From positions 1-53,451 of the forward strand of contig LWCA01000114.1 of assembly GCA_001642005.1 (NCBI GenBank): DNA of 53,451 bases. Reading direction: 5' to 3'. How positions within the stretch are numbered: position 1 is the first letter of the stretch; each line of letters begins with the position of its first letter. Positions 28,001 to 40,571 of the stretch are shown piece by piece. The notes below the pieces were generated by a model. It saw nothing but the letters and a program-made list of their open reading frames with translations, ran no database searches and was not told the origin of the DNA. Both the position numbers and the translations under genes were made by a program. The DNA comes from Intoshia linei (lineage: Eukaryota; Animalia; Orthonectida).

Positions 28001-28837
28001 CATCGGTTAAAATTATTTTTCCAATTCATAATTTTATTTTATTAATTGAATTAAAGCTAATAAAAATTTAGCTATCCAAGATACACGATAATCGACCAAT
28101 CAAAATCAAAAAATTAATGTAATCATGTTTTTGATAATTGCAAATAATTCCATTTAGTGCTGGAAGTGTAAAAGTAGAATACGAAGTCGTTTATGATGGA
28201 CCAATCAATGATGAAAAAATTAAAGAAATGATTGAAGCAATAAAAGATCATATCAATAGTGAAGGGTCAATAACAATAAATGATATCCCAGTTGGTATCA
28301 GTGAAAGTGCTCATTTACTCATTAACGATAAAAAGGGTACCTTTTTTCTATTTAATAGTTTACTAAATGTTTTCATATAGTGGAAAATATTGACAACATG
28401 TGCTCACTTTATAATGCCGCTGAACGTTGCAAACACAACTCGAGTTGTTATTTAGATGAAAATGCTCAAGCAAATTGCGCGTATTTATATTATTATTTTT
28501 AAAAATAATTGAAATTAGATGTTCTGTTGGGTTCAATGGAATTTTTTGTGAAAAAATAAACCCAGAGTCGCCATACATCATTGGACCAACTGAAATGGCC
28601 ATTATTATTGGTAGTGTTGTAGCGTGTGTTTTAATTATTGCACTTTTTATTCTTTGTATGACAATCAAACGTGGAACACGATAGTATCAATTCATTTTAA
28701 TATTTTATTTTATATTTTCATTTAGTCGAAATTTTAACAATGCTATTCCAATGACTACGTTTCCCAGAAATGCTCCAAAAACTAATTACGGTCAAAACCC
28801 TGGACCTTCGCAAGTAGTTTATAGCAAACGACATTAG
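10059..28837 (+). CDS. Giant (~4000 aa) type I membrane protein: signal peptide, repeated Cys-rich helical modules and EGF domains, SEA, EGF, TM, short tail
   Basis: Signal-like MNIFWFLATFLTFFFQSLAQE. About 28 exons, phase-compatible where checked, including 17906-25708 (7803 bp). 12 EGF domains. SEA-like DIPFKQDYKDLKNQNTQQF...AGSVKVEY. TM MAIIIGSVVACVLIIALFILCMTI. Tail ends QVVYSKRH* (TAG 28835-28837). Confidence 0.85.
10985..11136 (+). mobile_element. hAT MITE, deletion derivative of the 39611-40303 element
   Basis: CAGTG...CCACTG termini, degenerate 8-bp TSD TATTAGAT/TATTAGGG. Interior closely matches both ends of 39611-40303. Confidence 0.75.
12199..12235 (-). mobile_element. Helitron 3' terminus
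   Basis: Minus strand TGTAC-GAA-GTACA hairpin, then TAACAGTCAAG-CTAG|T. Same end at 4842, and degenerate copies at ~40865 and ~42321. Confidence 0.65.
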
Positions 28838-29619
28838 TCTTAATTTACTAACCTTTAGGATATAATAAATTATTAAATTTATACATTTTATTATTTTTAT
28901 GAATTGGTTATTATTATTGACACATGATGAAAAACGGTAGATAAAATTTAAAATAAATACTGTAAATATCGATTTAAAAGTTCAAATAATATTGATCAAT
29001 TTAGTTTAAATATTTTAAACAGATTTATATATAGTTAGTAAATTTTCCAAATTATTTTTTAAACATGTTCAGGAAATTAAATTTGTAGACTGGCGGTTCG
29101 TAGACAGAATAATTGGTGGGTTGCTAAAAAAAATATAGTTATACATTTTTGGACAAAAAAAGTAAGAATTTGAAGTTGTTTAATGAAGTTTTTAATTGAT
29201 AATACAGATTATACATCAAAGCTGCTAAAAAGTTTACCTATATGCCACATTTCATTAATATATTTGGAAAATCACTGGGACTGGACAATCAAAAGTAAAA
29301 GTAAAATTAGAAAAGTTAATTAATCAATGATTTTATCATTTGTTTTCTTCATTTACCCTTAAAACATCTTTAGAATGTTTAAACATACTTAAAGCAAGTT
29401 TAATTTTATATATTTATTAAATATATTTTATTCCATCTTAATTTTTTTGTTAACATTTGAATTTTACAAAAATTTTTAAAACAATTGTTATCATATTTTT
29501 TTAATTTATTAGACAGAATGTGTGTATAATATTAAAAGTAAAGTAAAAACAGTCCAATCCTAAAAATTGTCATAAATAGCATAAATTCCAGAAAAAATAA
29601 AATTGATAAAAACGTATTT

Positions 29620-30800
29620 TTGGGGTTAAAATTTGGTATTTATATCAACTGGAATAAGCTCTATATGAATACTAAAATGCTTTTTTCACCGTGAAGGCGT
29701 CACTTATTCAGATTGAAATTTTTTGTGTGTTAAAGGGTACAACTGTACGACGTGTAATTTTTTTTAAATTCTAGGGCTGTTTTCATTAAAAAAAGGGTAA
29801 TTGGGGTTTTGGCCCTGAAGATATATTTTTTAAATTTATGATAATAATGATGATTTTATAATCCTTATCAGAGTATATATTTTTTTAAATTCTCACACTC
29901 GTTTGATTTTAAAAAAGAGCACAATTGAGCTTTTTGACCCATAACATGTGTTTGGAAGGTTAAAATTTATTTTGCTAACACCCCTGGCAAAAACTGTAAT
30001 TAAAATGTGGAATTTATAAAATTCTAAGTCTTGTAGTTATTGAAATAAACGGTAACACACACCCACACAAATATTGCAAATCATATATAAGTAGGGCAAT
30101 TTTTTATTGACATATAGAAAAATTAAATTTACTGACTTTATTTGACCTTAAAATTTTTGTGTGTTTCTATGGTTAATACCAACTAAATCTACCGTACCCC
30201 AAACCTTCCTTTCCCGAGCCTTAAATTAAATCAATACAATATTTAATACACCTTAATTTTAATATTCGCATAGGCCCCGATCATTATAGTGTCGGTCACT
30301 ACATAATAAATTAATATGAATAAAACTTAAAATAAGGAATATTTATGCGTTTAATAATAAATATAAATAGTAAAGAACTGAAAATAAAACAAACGATGTA
30401 AATCTCATTATGTGATGTTAGAGATGTTGAAAATTATTAAAGTTTATTGTAGTATAACATAATATACTTCTTAACATTATCTGGTAAAAATTGCCTCTGG
30501 AATTACCAATTTTTTTAACAAACTGAAACTTAGTTCAACACTATTTGTGGTAGATAATATTCTTAATAAATTGTATAAATAAGGTGGTATTTGTTATATT
30601 TTATTGTTATTATATCATATATATCATTTTTTCACGTCGAATATCCTTTTAAAAAAAAACTTACTTCATAGCATTTATAAATTGTTAATTAGCTAATTAA
30701 TAAACATAATATTGATATCATGATGCTTGTAATTTCGTGCGGATTATCATATAAAAAATGGCATTTTGCCATAAAAAACTGCCCTAAATATAAGTAAGGG
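29620..30800 (-). mobile_element. Helitron family copy interrupted near its 5' end by a hAT MITE
   Basis: Reverse-complement similarity to 5948-6460. The 5'-terminal motif TATAAGTAAGG resumes right after the MITE. Confidence 0.65.
30092..30786. mobile_element. hAT-type MITE, about 700 bp
   Basis: TIR TAGGGCAATTTTTT / AAAAAACTGCCCTA, 8-bp TSD TATATAAG/AATATAAG. Inverted second copy at 46119-46875. Confidence 0.85.
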
Positions 30801-30809
30801 TTTAAGAAA

Positions 30810-31010
30810 TATTGTTTCAAAAGTCTGATTGTATGATAGGAAGCACAGTCGTATTGGAACACGTAGTCGGATAAGTTCGTCATTTAGAGATTACTGCTGA
30901 GATTATTTATGTATTCAATTGAATTTATGGTTTTATCTACAATTTAAAACTTGCCAAGTCCTTGGTAAGAAAAACAACCCAAATTAATTGTGAAGATCTA
31001 CCAGAACACT
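30810..31010 (-). mobile_element. Tc1-family transposase remnant
   Basis: IW..FSYQGLGKF.IVDKTINSIEYINNL and YVFQYDCASYHT resemble Tc1 motifs WGCF..G.G and FQQDNAxxHT. Disrupted. Confidence 0.7.
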
Positions 31011-31376
31011 ATTTAAGCATCAGCTTACCGCCTTTCTCATATTTTTTTACTACTTTATTAACACGTTTAAGAGAATAATTCAGTTTATTAAATATTTCAA
31101 AAAATATATTTGTATATAAATTCCATTTGACGGTTTTCAAATTTCGGGCTGCAAACAGTGTAGCCTCACATACTACAATTCCTCTGTACTATGTATTAAA
31201 CAATAATAATTTTTGAAATAATTTTATTTTATATTAGTTAAAATTCTGGATAGCTGCAGCACTCAATGACAATCCGGCACTGTTTGTAGATTCTAGTCAC
31301 AAATAACGAATACGGTTTATTTTTAAATATACATTCGTTTACTAAAACTAAAAATAAACCCGATTGAATACAAACA

Positions 31377-34300
31377 TTAATCATATCTTATATTGTCTAA
31401 TGTTTGAACATTTGAAGATGAATCTAAATTTATAATAAAATTACTCAATCCTAATTGAATATTTACCTTGTAATATTTTCTAAAAAAAATTAAAATAAAA
31501 AAAAACACAAATTACCATGTTAAGGTGATGTTTTAGGTTGGTCTCTATGCATTCATTGCAAATTATCATAAATTTCTAGAATTTAAAATTATACAAATAA
31601 GTGAGTTAGTTGCTATTTTTGGATTTAAAAGTTTATTAAATAATACAAAGAGCAGATTTCAAAAGTAAATACATTTGTCTTAATTTTAAAAAATAATTAT
31701 AATAATAATACCCTAGAAATCATCGGATTTGTAATCTTTATTGTGAAAGTGAGAGGGTTTTGTTTTTCAAATGGCTTATAAAATGCTAGAAAGCAAATGT
31801 TTGATTCAATTGAATATGATACGGTTCGAAGATGTTTCAAATTAAATTGTTCAGGTTTTATGTCGTATTCGCTACCCTTGAGCAAAACAATATAGTATTT
31901 ATTTAATAAAAGGACCATGTTTTGATCATCATCGACGTTGATCACTAAAATACAATATAATGAATTTAACTATACATTGAGAACCACATAAAAAAATTTC
32001 TATATTGATTGATTAAATTTTTTATGTACGCTAATCTTGCAAAAGCTGTATTAAATATATTTTTTAAAATTTTAGGACAATTTATATTTTTTAAATCTTT
32101 TAAAATAATGGGTAATTTGTCGTTTTAGTCGTAAAGTCATACGCTTTTAAAATTGAAATTGATGATACTGTTCATTAATGTGTGTCCTAAAACACTTTTT
32201 CGAAACAATGCAAAAGTAGCCAACGGGGAAAATGAAACTTTTTATTGCGAACAAGATGACATGTTTGAAATTGTCTAACTCTCAAAAAAACCCTTGACTT
32301 TTTGCATTTTAAACTAATTTTTATACAATTTTTCAAAAACGAACATGAACTTTATAAAAAAATATTGGTGTGGTAGCGATGTGAATTCATGCGTATAAAT
32401 AGTATATGTAACATTTGTGAGTATATATTATGCCATGGTTATCACAGTTTATCAGAAATCCTTCTCAATAAAACCCTATTTTACCCAAAAATTCATAAAA
32501 AACAGAATTTATAGGATAAAGNTTTGCATTTTAAACTAATCTTTAATACAATTTTTTCAAAACGAACATGAACTTTACAAAAAAAAAAATTGGTGTAGTA
32601 ACGATGTGAATTCATGCGTATAAATAGTATATGTAACATTTGTGAGTATATATAATGCTATGGTTATCACAGTTTATTAGAAATCCTTATTAATAAAACC
32701 CTATTTTACCCAAAAATTCATAAAAAACAGAATTTATAGGATAGAGGGTTTCTTGGTGTTTTTTTCTAACAATTATGACATTTCAGGTACATGATCTTAT
32801 TCGCAAGAATTTTTGTTATATTTGTATTTGGCTACTTTTGTGAATATAGTTAATAAAACTAATTAGCAGTGAAAATAAGAATGACAATTTTATAAAAAAT
32901 TAAATTTTTTTTTTTTNAAGCTGTATTAAATATATTTTTTAAAATTTTAGGACAATTTATATTTTTTAAATCTTTTAAAATAATGGGTAATTTGTCGTTT
33001 TAGTCGTAAAGTCATACGCTTTTAAAATTGAAATTGATGATACTGTTCATTAATGTGTGTCCTAAAACACTTTTTCGAAACAATGCAAAAGTAGCCAACG
33101 GGGAAAATGAAACTTTTTATTGCGAACAAGATGACATGTTTGAAATTGTCTAACTCTCAAAAAAACCCTTGACTTTTTGCATTTTAAACTAATTTTTATA
33201 CAATTTTTCAAAAACGAACATGAACTTTATAAAAAAATATTGGTGTGGTAGCGATGTGAATTCATGCGTATAAATAGTATATGTAACATTTGTGAGTATA
33301 TATTATGCCATGGTTATCACAGTTTATCAGAAATCCTTCTCAATAAAACCCTATTTTACCCAAAAATTCATAAAAAACAGAATTTATAGGATAAAGGGTT
33401 TCTTGGTGTTTTTTTCTAACAATTATAACATTTCAAATACATGATCTTGTTCGCAAAAATTTTTGTTATATTTGTATTTGGCTACTTTTGTGAATATAGT
33501 TAATAAAACTAATTAGCAGTGAAAATAAGAATGACAATTTTATAAAAAATTAAATTTTTTTTTTTTAATTTTAAAGTCTATACGCGATTCATTAAATTTG
33601 TAGGACCCTGAAGTTTGAAATTGATTTATACTGAATAAGGGTTTGAAGATTTAATAAATATATTGCATAATATTTTACAAAAAATTTTTGGATTAATTTT
33701 TTTTATTACTATTTTTCAGATTTTTATCCTCAAATGATGAACAGTGTTCATGCTTTTAAAATCTGTACCAGAAATTATATTTATTTGAATATATACTTTA
33801 TTTAAATTCTAAAAAGCGTTATTTAAAAAAAAGGATAATTGGGGGTTTTTACCCTGTAGGACTTAATTTCTGATAATTAAATGTGAGGTAAAACTTCAAC
33901 TTCGAAATACTATATTAGAAATTGGTATTATTAAGCGTCTACATTAGTGCTTCTCAAACGTTTTTGAGAATTCACCCCCTGTGACATATTTTTGTTCTAT
34001 TCACCATAAATAAAATAATTATTATGGCATGTCATAATTGTGCAGAAATACACAATTTGCACTTATAAAATGTACTGAATTAATTAAATTTGAGTACACA
34101 TAACGTCTTCACGTGATGACATAATTTTAAATTTTCATTGTTTCTTTTATGAATCATACATAACGCATGGTATTTTCAATATTTTCATGAGAGTAAATAT
34201 GTTTATATCTGCGTTGTAAATACTACTAGCATTTAAAAATAAAAAAAATATAGTAATTGTTATTGCCATAATTTATTTATTGATAGGAATATCAATTCGA

Positions 34301-37300
34301 TGAGCAACTTTAAAAAAAATTTAATTTTGAAATTTGGTTAAACTAAATGTATGAAAGGGTTAAGTCAATTTTGTACACAAAACATCTAAATTTGGTTTTT
34401 TCTTTTGGAATCAGATAGAGAGATTTCCGATATAAAATTTTGATAAAATTGTCTTTTCTTAAGGATTGGTGAAATGGAGTTTTTTCTTTTGGGATCTGAT
34501 ACAGTTATTTTTTATCTAAAAATATTGGTATAAAGAGATTTTTTCCTTAAGGGTAAAATTTTGGTTTTTTCACATATTTGACTAAATTGAGTAAAATATG
34601 TTCATAAATGATCAATTAAGTTAAAGTGGCCAGAAAAATACGTACTATCACGTTTAGTTTATTTGGTATAAATTTTAAGTCGAAAATTTTTATTCGTCAT
34701 CATCGATAAGTAGTTTTGGCTTTACATTTAACACCAAATAAACTAAATTGATAGTACGTATTTTTTCTGGCCCCTTTAATTAAGTCGAAATTTTTCGAAA
34801 GTGTGGTCATAGCGTAAATTTCATTTGCAGAAATTAAGTCCTTCAAGGTAAAAAACCCCAATTATCTTTTTTTTTTAAATGCAAACCAATCCTATAATTA
34901 TTAAACATAACCAATCTGATAAAGATTTTAAAAGTATCAAAATTATGATAAATTTAAATTTCAAAATCTTATATCTTCACTGTCAAAACTCCAAATTACC
35001 TTTTTTTAAAAATTAAAAATGTCCTAGATTTTTATTAAATATATAAAATATTAAACACGAAATTTTAGGTCTACTAATAAAGTATTTGAGTTTTAATTCG
35101 AACCACTCTTGTAATTGCACAATTTTCTATAATTATGTTATTGTAGGTTCAAGCTGAAGGTGTACTGCTATTTGTATTTTGAAATTAAGACAATAGAGAT
35201 ATTATTTTGATCACCCAATGGTAGTCCAAAATAGTATTTAATGCATATTTCGTAATTGGTTTACATGATTTTCTAAGTGTTTACTCTCCATAAATAAAAC
35301 AACTTTGGTCAAGGTAATTTTTACATTTTCGACAATGAATTAATTATAATAATAATCAAAATTAATAAAAATTACTATAAAGTATATTATCTCATTAATC
35401 AATTTTTAATTATCAATGCTGTAAAATTTTTCCATGGAGTATAAAGTGAAGATAGAATACCATTGTCAAATAAAATTTAATTTATTCGTTTCCATCACGG
35501 AAACAATTTTTGTTACTAAAAACCGCCTACGTTAAAACTACAAGTATTCACTAGAACGGCTCATTTAAAACAATTTAGTTAAAATATAAAAATAAAATAT
35601 TGCTTGGAAATAAAAATGCATGGATTATTCTCCCAATTATACTACCAAAACTTTCACAAATCTCATGAAAAAATATTTCCAAAAAATCCAAAACTCATGA
35701 ATTGTATTCAAAAAATATTCATTAATGAAATAACAAGACATGAAAAAGATTTTAAATATAATATAAATATAAATAATTTGATAATAAATACCATTAAATC
35801 CATTAAAAACGTTTTCAAGATGACATTTTATTAGAACGTGATTATTGAAATGGACATCTTGAGCATCATCAAAGGTATCATCTAATAAACCAGATTCTAT
35901 GGACGGATCGATAGTTTTTTTAGATTCATTACTTTGAATTAAATCGTTTAATCTTGTAGTAATAGTGGAAAGATAATATATCCAATTCAACGAATATTGA
36001 GCTCTTAAAATACGAATACAATGGAAAAATTTATACAACATTTTGGCTTGATTAAAATCGATCCCTCGAAAAAGTGTTTCATTGCATGTTTCAGTAAAAA
36101 CAGAACAACACTGATTCAACAATTTCTCAACATTTTGTTTCATGAGAGGACTTTTTGGTGAACGTCTTTGTTTAGTGATTGCATTATGTTTATTTGATCG
36201 GTTTGACAAAGATATCTGATTATCACTATTTGAAATTCCCGTCATATTTAATGACGAAGTTTCATTCATTTCAATATTTTCTAAAACGTGTATTGGTACG
36301 GCTGGCGATGGTTGAGGAAAATTAGTAAATCTTTGTTTCAGTCGGACTACAATTGAATTAAAATAAGAATTTGAAAATTCCTTGATTAATTTATCGTTAA
36401 TTATGACTGACTCGCAAACTTTGGGGTGTATATAACGAGTAATATATAATTTCCACCATGGACTAAAAGAGATTGGATTGCCATAAATCTTTAATTTTTT
36501 TAAGCAATATAAAGAATATATTGGAACAAATACATTGTCTTGTTTTAATTTATTATATGAAACGTTCAAGTATTCTAAATTGACCAGTTTCTGAATTCCT
36601 TCAAGGGTAGTTAAGTGGTTATACTGTAAATTCAAATAAGTCAAATTTTGATGAATTAAAACAGAAAGCAAAGTAAATGTTTTCAAATGGTTGTGAGAAA
36701 CGTTTAATTTCTCCAATTTTATATTAGCTGCATCAAGAACATGTAAATCTTTAATTTTGTTAAAACTGAGATTCAAATTTACGACAACTGGTAATAAACT
36801 CATAGTATCTAATAAATAATTAATTTTATTGTTAGAAAGGTCCAAATATTGTAAATTCATCCATTTTTCAGGTTCATTTGAAAGATCACCATAAAATTGC
36901 AAAACTGTTTTAATATCTTTAATTCTTGATTCATTCCACACCAATTTTTGTAAATTATTTTGAAATTCATGCAAACCAAATACCATTAGCGGAGATATTT
37001 TCTTGAATCTAAGTATTTTTACCGTTTTAGAAATAATATTCAAATTTGCTTCAGATTCCATATAAATATTTGGAAATATTTGAATTTTTCTAGCAGCCAT
37101 CAACATGTCCACTATTGTAGATACATAATATCTCTGGTAATCTTCTTCAGTGTCAGGCAAAATTGTGTAATCGTAATCCAGCGCAAAACCTGATTCACTG
37201 TAACGTTCATAAACATAGTTTAAATGAGCTGCGTCAATGAAAACTACGCCTTTGCCATTCACAATTATGTCTGCATGTTCTTTAAAATTTTCTACCAATT

Positions 37301-37346
37301 TTTTCAAAGAATTATTACTTATTACGGAAGCAGAATATGCAGACAT
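31377..37346 (-). CDS. STK11IP: STK11-interacting protein (LIP1)-like LRR protein, 5 exons, about 635 aa
   Basis: N-terminus and LRRs parallel STK11IP (GDLS..W..L..LDLSNN, GNPISF.P, LRAQYSLNWI). Exons 37346-35792, 31944-31712, 31575-31516, 31479-31467 and 31423-31377 join in frame to a TAA. Confidence 0.75.
32043..33566. repeat. Near-identical tandem duplication bounded by single Ns (probable assembly overlap)
   Basis: 32043-32521 is repeated at 32918 onward and 32523-32916 repeats an overlapping part. Ns at 32522 and 32917. Confidence 0.8.
34380..34570 (+). repeat. Degenerate minisatellite shared with 43550-43700
   Basis: Recurrent TTTTTCCTTAAGGG(TTGG)TAAAATT-type units at both loci. Confidence 0.45.
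34625..34775. mobile_element. Palindromic MITE with TTAA target, Kolobok-like
   Basis: TTAA|AGTGGCCAGAAAAATACGTACTATCA ... TGATAGTACGTATTTTTTCTGGCCCCT|TTAA. Inverted arms about 60 bp. 5'-AG terminus rather than piggyBac CCY. Confidence 0.65.
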
Positions 37347-39610
37347 TCTTTCAAATTGATGAACAGACTAATGTAAATTACACTTTGAAACCAATGTCGT
37401 CATAGATAAAAGTTTATTTGCATTATTGTACGTTACATTTATTTCAGTGGATCAATTAGTGCTTTTCTTGCTATAAATTATTAATATATATTACATTATT
37501 GAATAAACTTGTTACACGTGGACCCGTCATATCACATTACCTTTTAATTTTAATTTTAAAATGAATTATACTACGTTAAATTTATTAGACATAATTTTTT
37601 TAATTTATTAGACATAATGTGGATAATTTAAAAATAAAATAAAAACAGTACAATCAGGCCCAATCATTACTTTATTGCAAAAAAATTTTTAAAAAATAAA
37701 TTGCAATATTTTATTCATTGGTAATGCGTAGATTTCTGAGATTGAAATTTTGTATTTATATCAACTGGAATAAGCTCTATCAGAATAATTTTTTTTTTTN
37801 AGACTATTCAATCCCATCAGTCAAATAGTGATTTTACTGATACCTTTGAAATAAAAGATTTTTTATATCGATTAGACTATCTTAAAAATCTTTACTAAAA
37901 AAACCACGTATCTCAAAAAATAAAAGAATGGTTAAATATTATAGAAAATGATTTCATTAATATCTAATTTTATAATAAAAGATACATTTTAATTAACTTA
38001 ATTGTAAAATTAAAAGTATTTATGTATTAAATTTGCATCTCGCGAAGTTAAATTTACAATTTAATTAAATATTATCTATTTTTATGATTGTAACTGCATT
38101 TCTGACATTTTACATCATTTTGAAACAAGTTAGATCATGATTTATTTATCCCCAAAGTGCAATTTTTATTAAAATTTTCAATTTGACTTACCGCGATTGC
38201 ACTGTATAATATTATTCATTATCGATCATTTATTATTATTATTAGTGAACGTAAATATCATTTTATAAGAATGAAGTTAAAATTTACTGACAGTTCGCGA
38301 CAGCTATTGTGCTAGGTGAAAAATGTAACCTTTCCCAATTGAATTCAAACTTTCTATTCCTTTACATCTATTGATATCGTGTATATATCAACAGCACAAA
38401 TTGTTCTAGGCTACTAAATTGCTTACTTCGTGGTAGGGTAAAATCTTTTATTATGTGGATTGATATTAATTGAATGGAACATAAGTTTAGTGTTATAAAA
38501 TGCCAAAATAATATCATCAATTCTTTTTATTTATTAATTTAACCTTTTTAAACTAATAAATTAAATTTTGAATTAAAATTGAAAATAGAGTTAGTTAGAT
38601 TATAATAAAAAAATGCGTATTAAGATAAAATCAAATAATACGATGGAGATATTGAAGTGCGTACTTAGATTTTACAATAATTGAATTTATAAGGTAATAA
38701 AAATAAAGTTGAATTTTAGCTTTAATTTACTTTTTTAGGTAAATGTTTTCTAGCCTCAATGATAACAATATTTGTGCTGTCTTTTTTAACTCAAATAATA
38801 TCCATTTTTTTTAAATGAAATTTATATTGAGTATTAAAGATTTTATTTTTCTTTAGTGAATAATTTTGACGTGCGTTAAATTTAATGTATGTAACGATTT
38901 AACTTAGTTTGATAGTCGTTCCCAGAACCGAACCTACCAAGTTCGTGGCACTCTTAAAACAAAAAATAGCCCTTAAAAAAAATTGTAAACGAATTATGTC
39001 ATATAACCCTATCCACCTCTTTAGACTCTTGAATTGACATTTTAAATTTAACACACAAATTAGTTGATATTCAAAAAAAATTTATATTCTCAATTTAGTA
39101 AATTAAAGCCCCATCTTAAAAATTTTTCGTTGAGTCGGTTTATCGGTAGAAAGGTCTTGGATACGGTAGGTTCACACTGGTAGTATATTTCACCATAATT
39201 ATTTTTGAAATTAATAATTTTTTTAATTACGCCATTCAGCTACCATGTCAAAATTAATCTTAAATTTACGATTTAAGGAGGAATATATAATGGAGGAAAA
39301 AATGTAAATATTACTTTAGTGACGTGTTCAGGATTAAGGGGATTTTTTTAAAAATTATGTGGTCCACACACATTTTTTTTGTGACAAGTGGTCCATGGTG
39401 GATAAAGTTTGGGAACCACTGGTCTAGGCTTTGTGATAAAATCCCAACTTCTGGAAACTTTACAATAATGTACTTTACAAAAATAAACTAATTATTTAAT
39501 TTTGCTGATAATACAATCAAAAATGCTGGTACTAATACCAGCACGTGGTGTTAATAAAAATTTTACTAGCTATGCTGGTAACACCTTTGTTTTTGTACGA
39601 TTCATTAACA

Positions 39611-40303
39611 CAGTGGTGTTCCACCTGTGGGTCGCGAAAATTTGAAAATTTTATGAATATATATATTTATTTATTTTTTTTTATTTTTAATATTGACAGT
39701 AATAATGTTACGGAAATATTTTTGCCTTATGTATTACAGTTTTAAATGTTCTTCTTCACTCAATATATAAACTATTCCCGATAAAATACAGGATGAAGTG
39801 ATAGATTTAATAATTCCAATTCCAATGATTCCACTGCACGAATATTTTATATGAAAAACCACTAAGTACTTTTTGGTGTGATATGATTGATTTATATCCA
39901 AATTTATTTCGATTGCTTTGAGATTGCTACTATCTTTACCGTCAACTTATCTGTGTGAAACAGGATTTTATACGCTTTTTCATATAAAAACAAAATCAAT
40001 AAACAGATTGAAACTTAAGGATGATACGAGGCTAGCTTTATCGCATTCACTGTCAAAGATATCAATAATAGTAGCTAAAATGCAACCTAAAATTTCACAT
40101 GAAGAAAATAAATTTAGTTATAATAATACATTGCATTGAGCAGTGCTCAATGAGCATAGTATAAAATATAAATAAAACTAAATATACTTTTTTAGTAATT
40201 TTATTTATGTGATGTGATGTTTGGAGTATATAGAAAATTTTTGGTTGCGAAAATTTTTTATGTTTATATGGGGTCGCGAACACAAAAATGTTAAAAATTA
40301 CTG
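39611..40303 (+). mobile_element. hAT (Buster) internal deletion derivative retaining the dimerisation-domain coding remnant
   Basis: Perfect 8-bp TSD CATTAACA, CAGTG...TACTG ends. Encodes FW...YP...ALRLLLSLPSTYLCETGFYTLFHIKTKSINRL...DTRLALS. Confidence 0.92.
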
Positions 40304-40571
40304 CATTAACATGTAGCAAATTTGAAACGTAATAGTTATTTTTTTCATTCAGTTTTTCTTTAAAAATAGGTGTAATTTGTGACACTTCAATTTATTTAAC
40401 TCTCTGCACGTAAAAAAACGGAATTTTAAGAACCGGTTACTGAGGGGTAAAAATTGGAAAGTTTCGGTCTGTAATACTCTACTATTAATGATTTTTTATA
40501 TTAAAATTATAAATTATAAAACAATTTTGTAATTACAACTAATTTAGTATTTATTCAATTTAAATTTTTAG

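Noticed and set aside
32043-33566. Tandem duplication as a real segmental event
   Set aside because: Copy boundaries coincide with single Ns, so unmerged contig or haplotype overlap is more likely. The same applies at 44261.
35604-35834. Plus-strand 76-aa ORF overlapping the STK11IP-like gene
   Set aside because: Low complexity, TTG start, no supporting motif.
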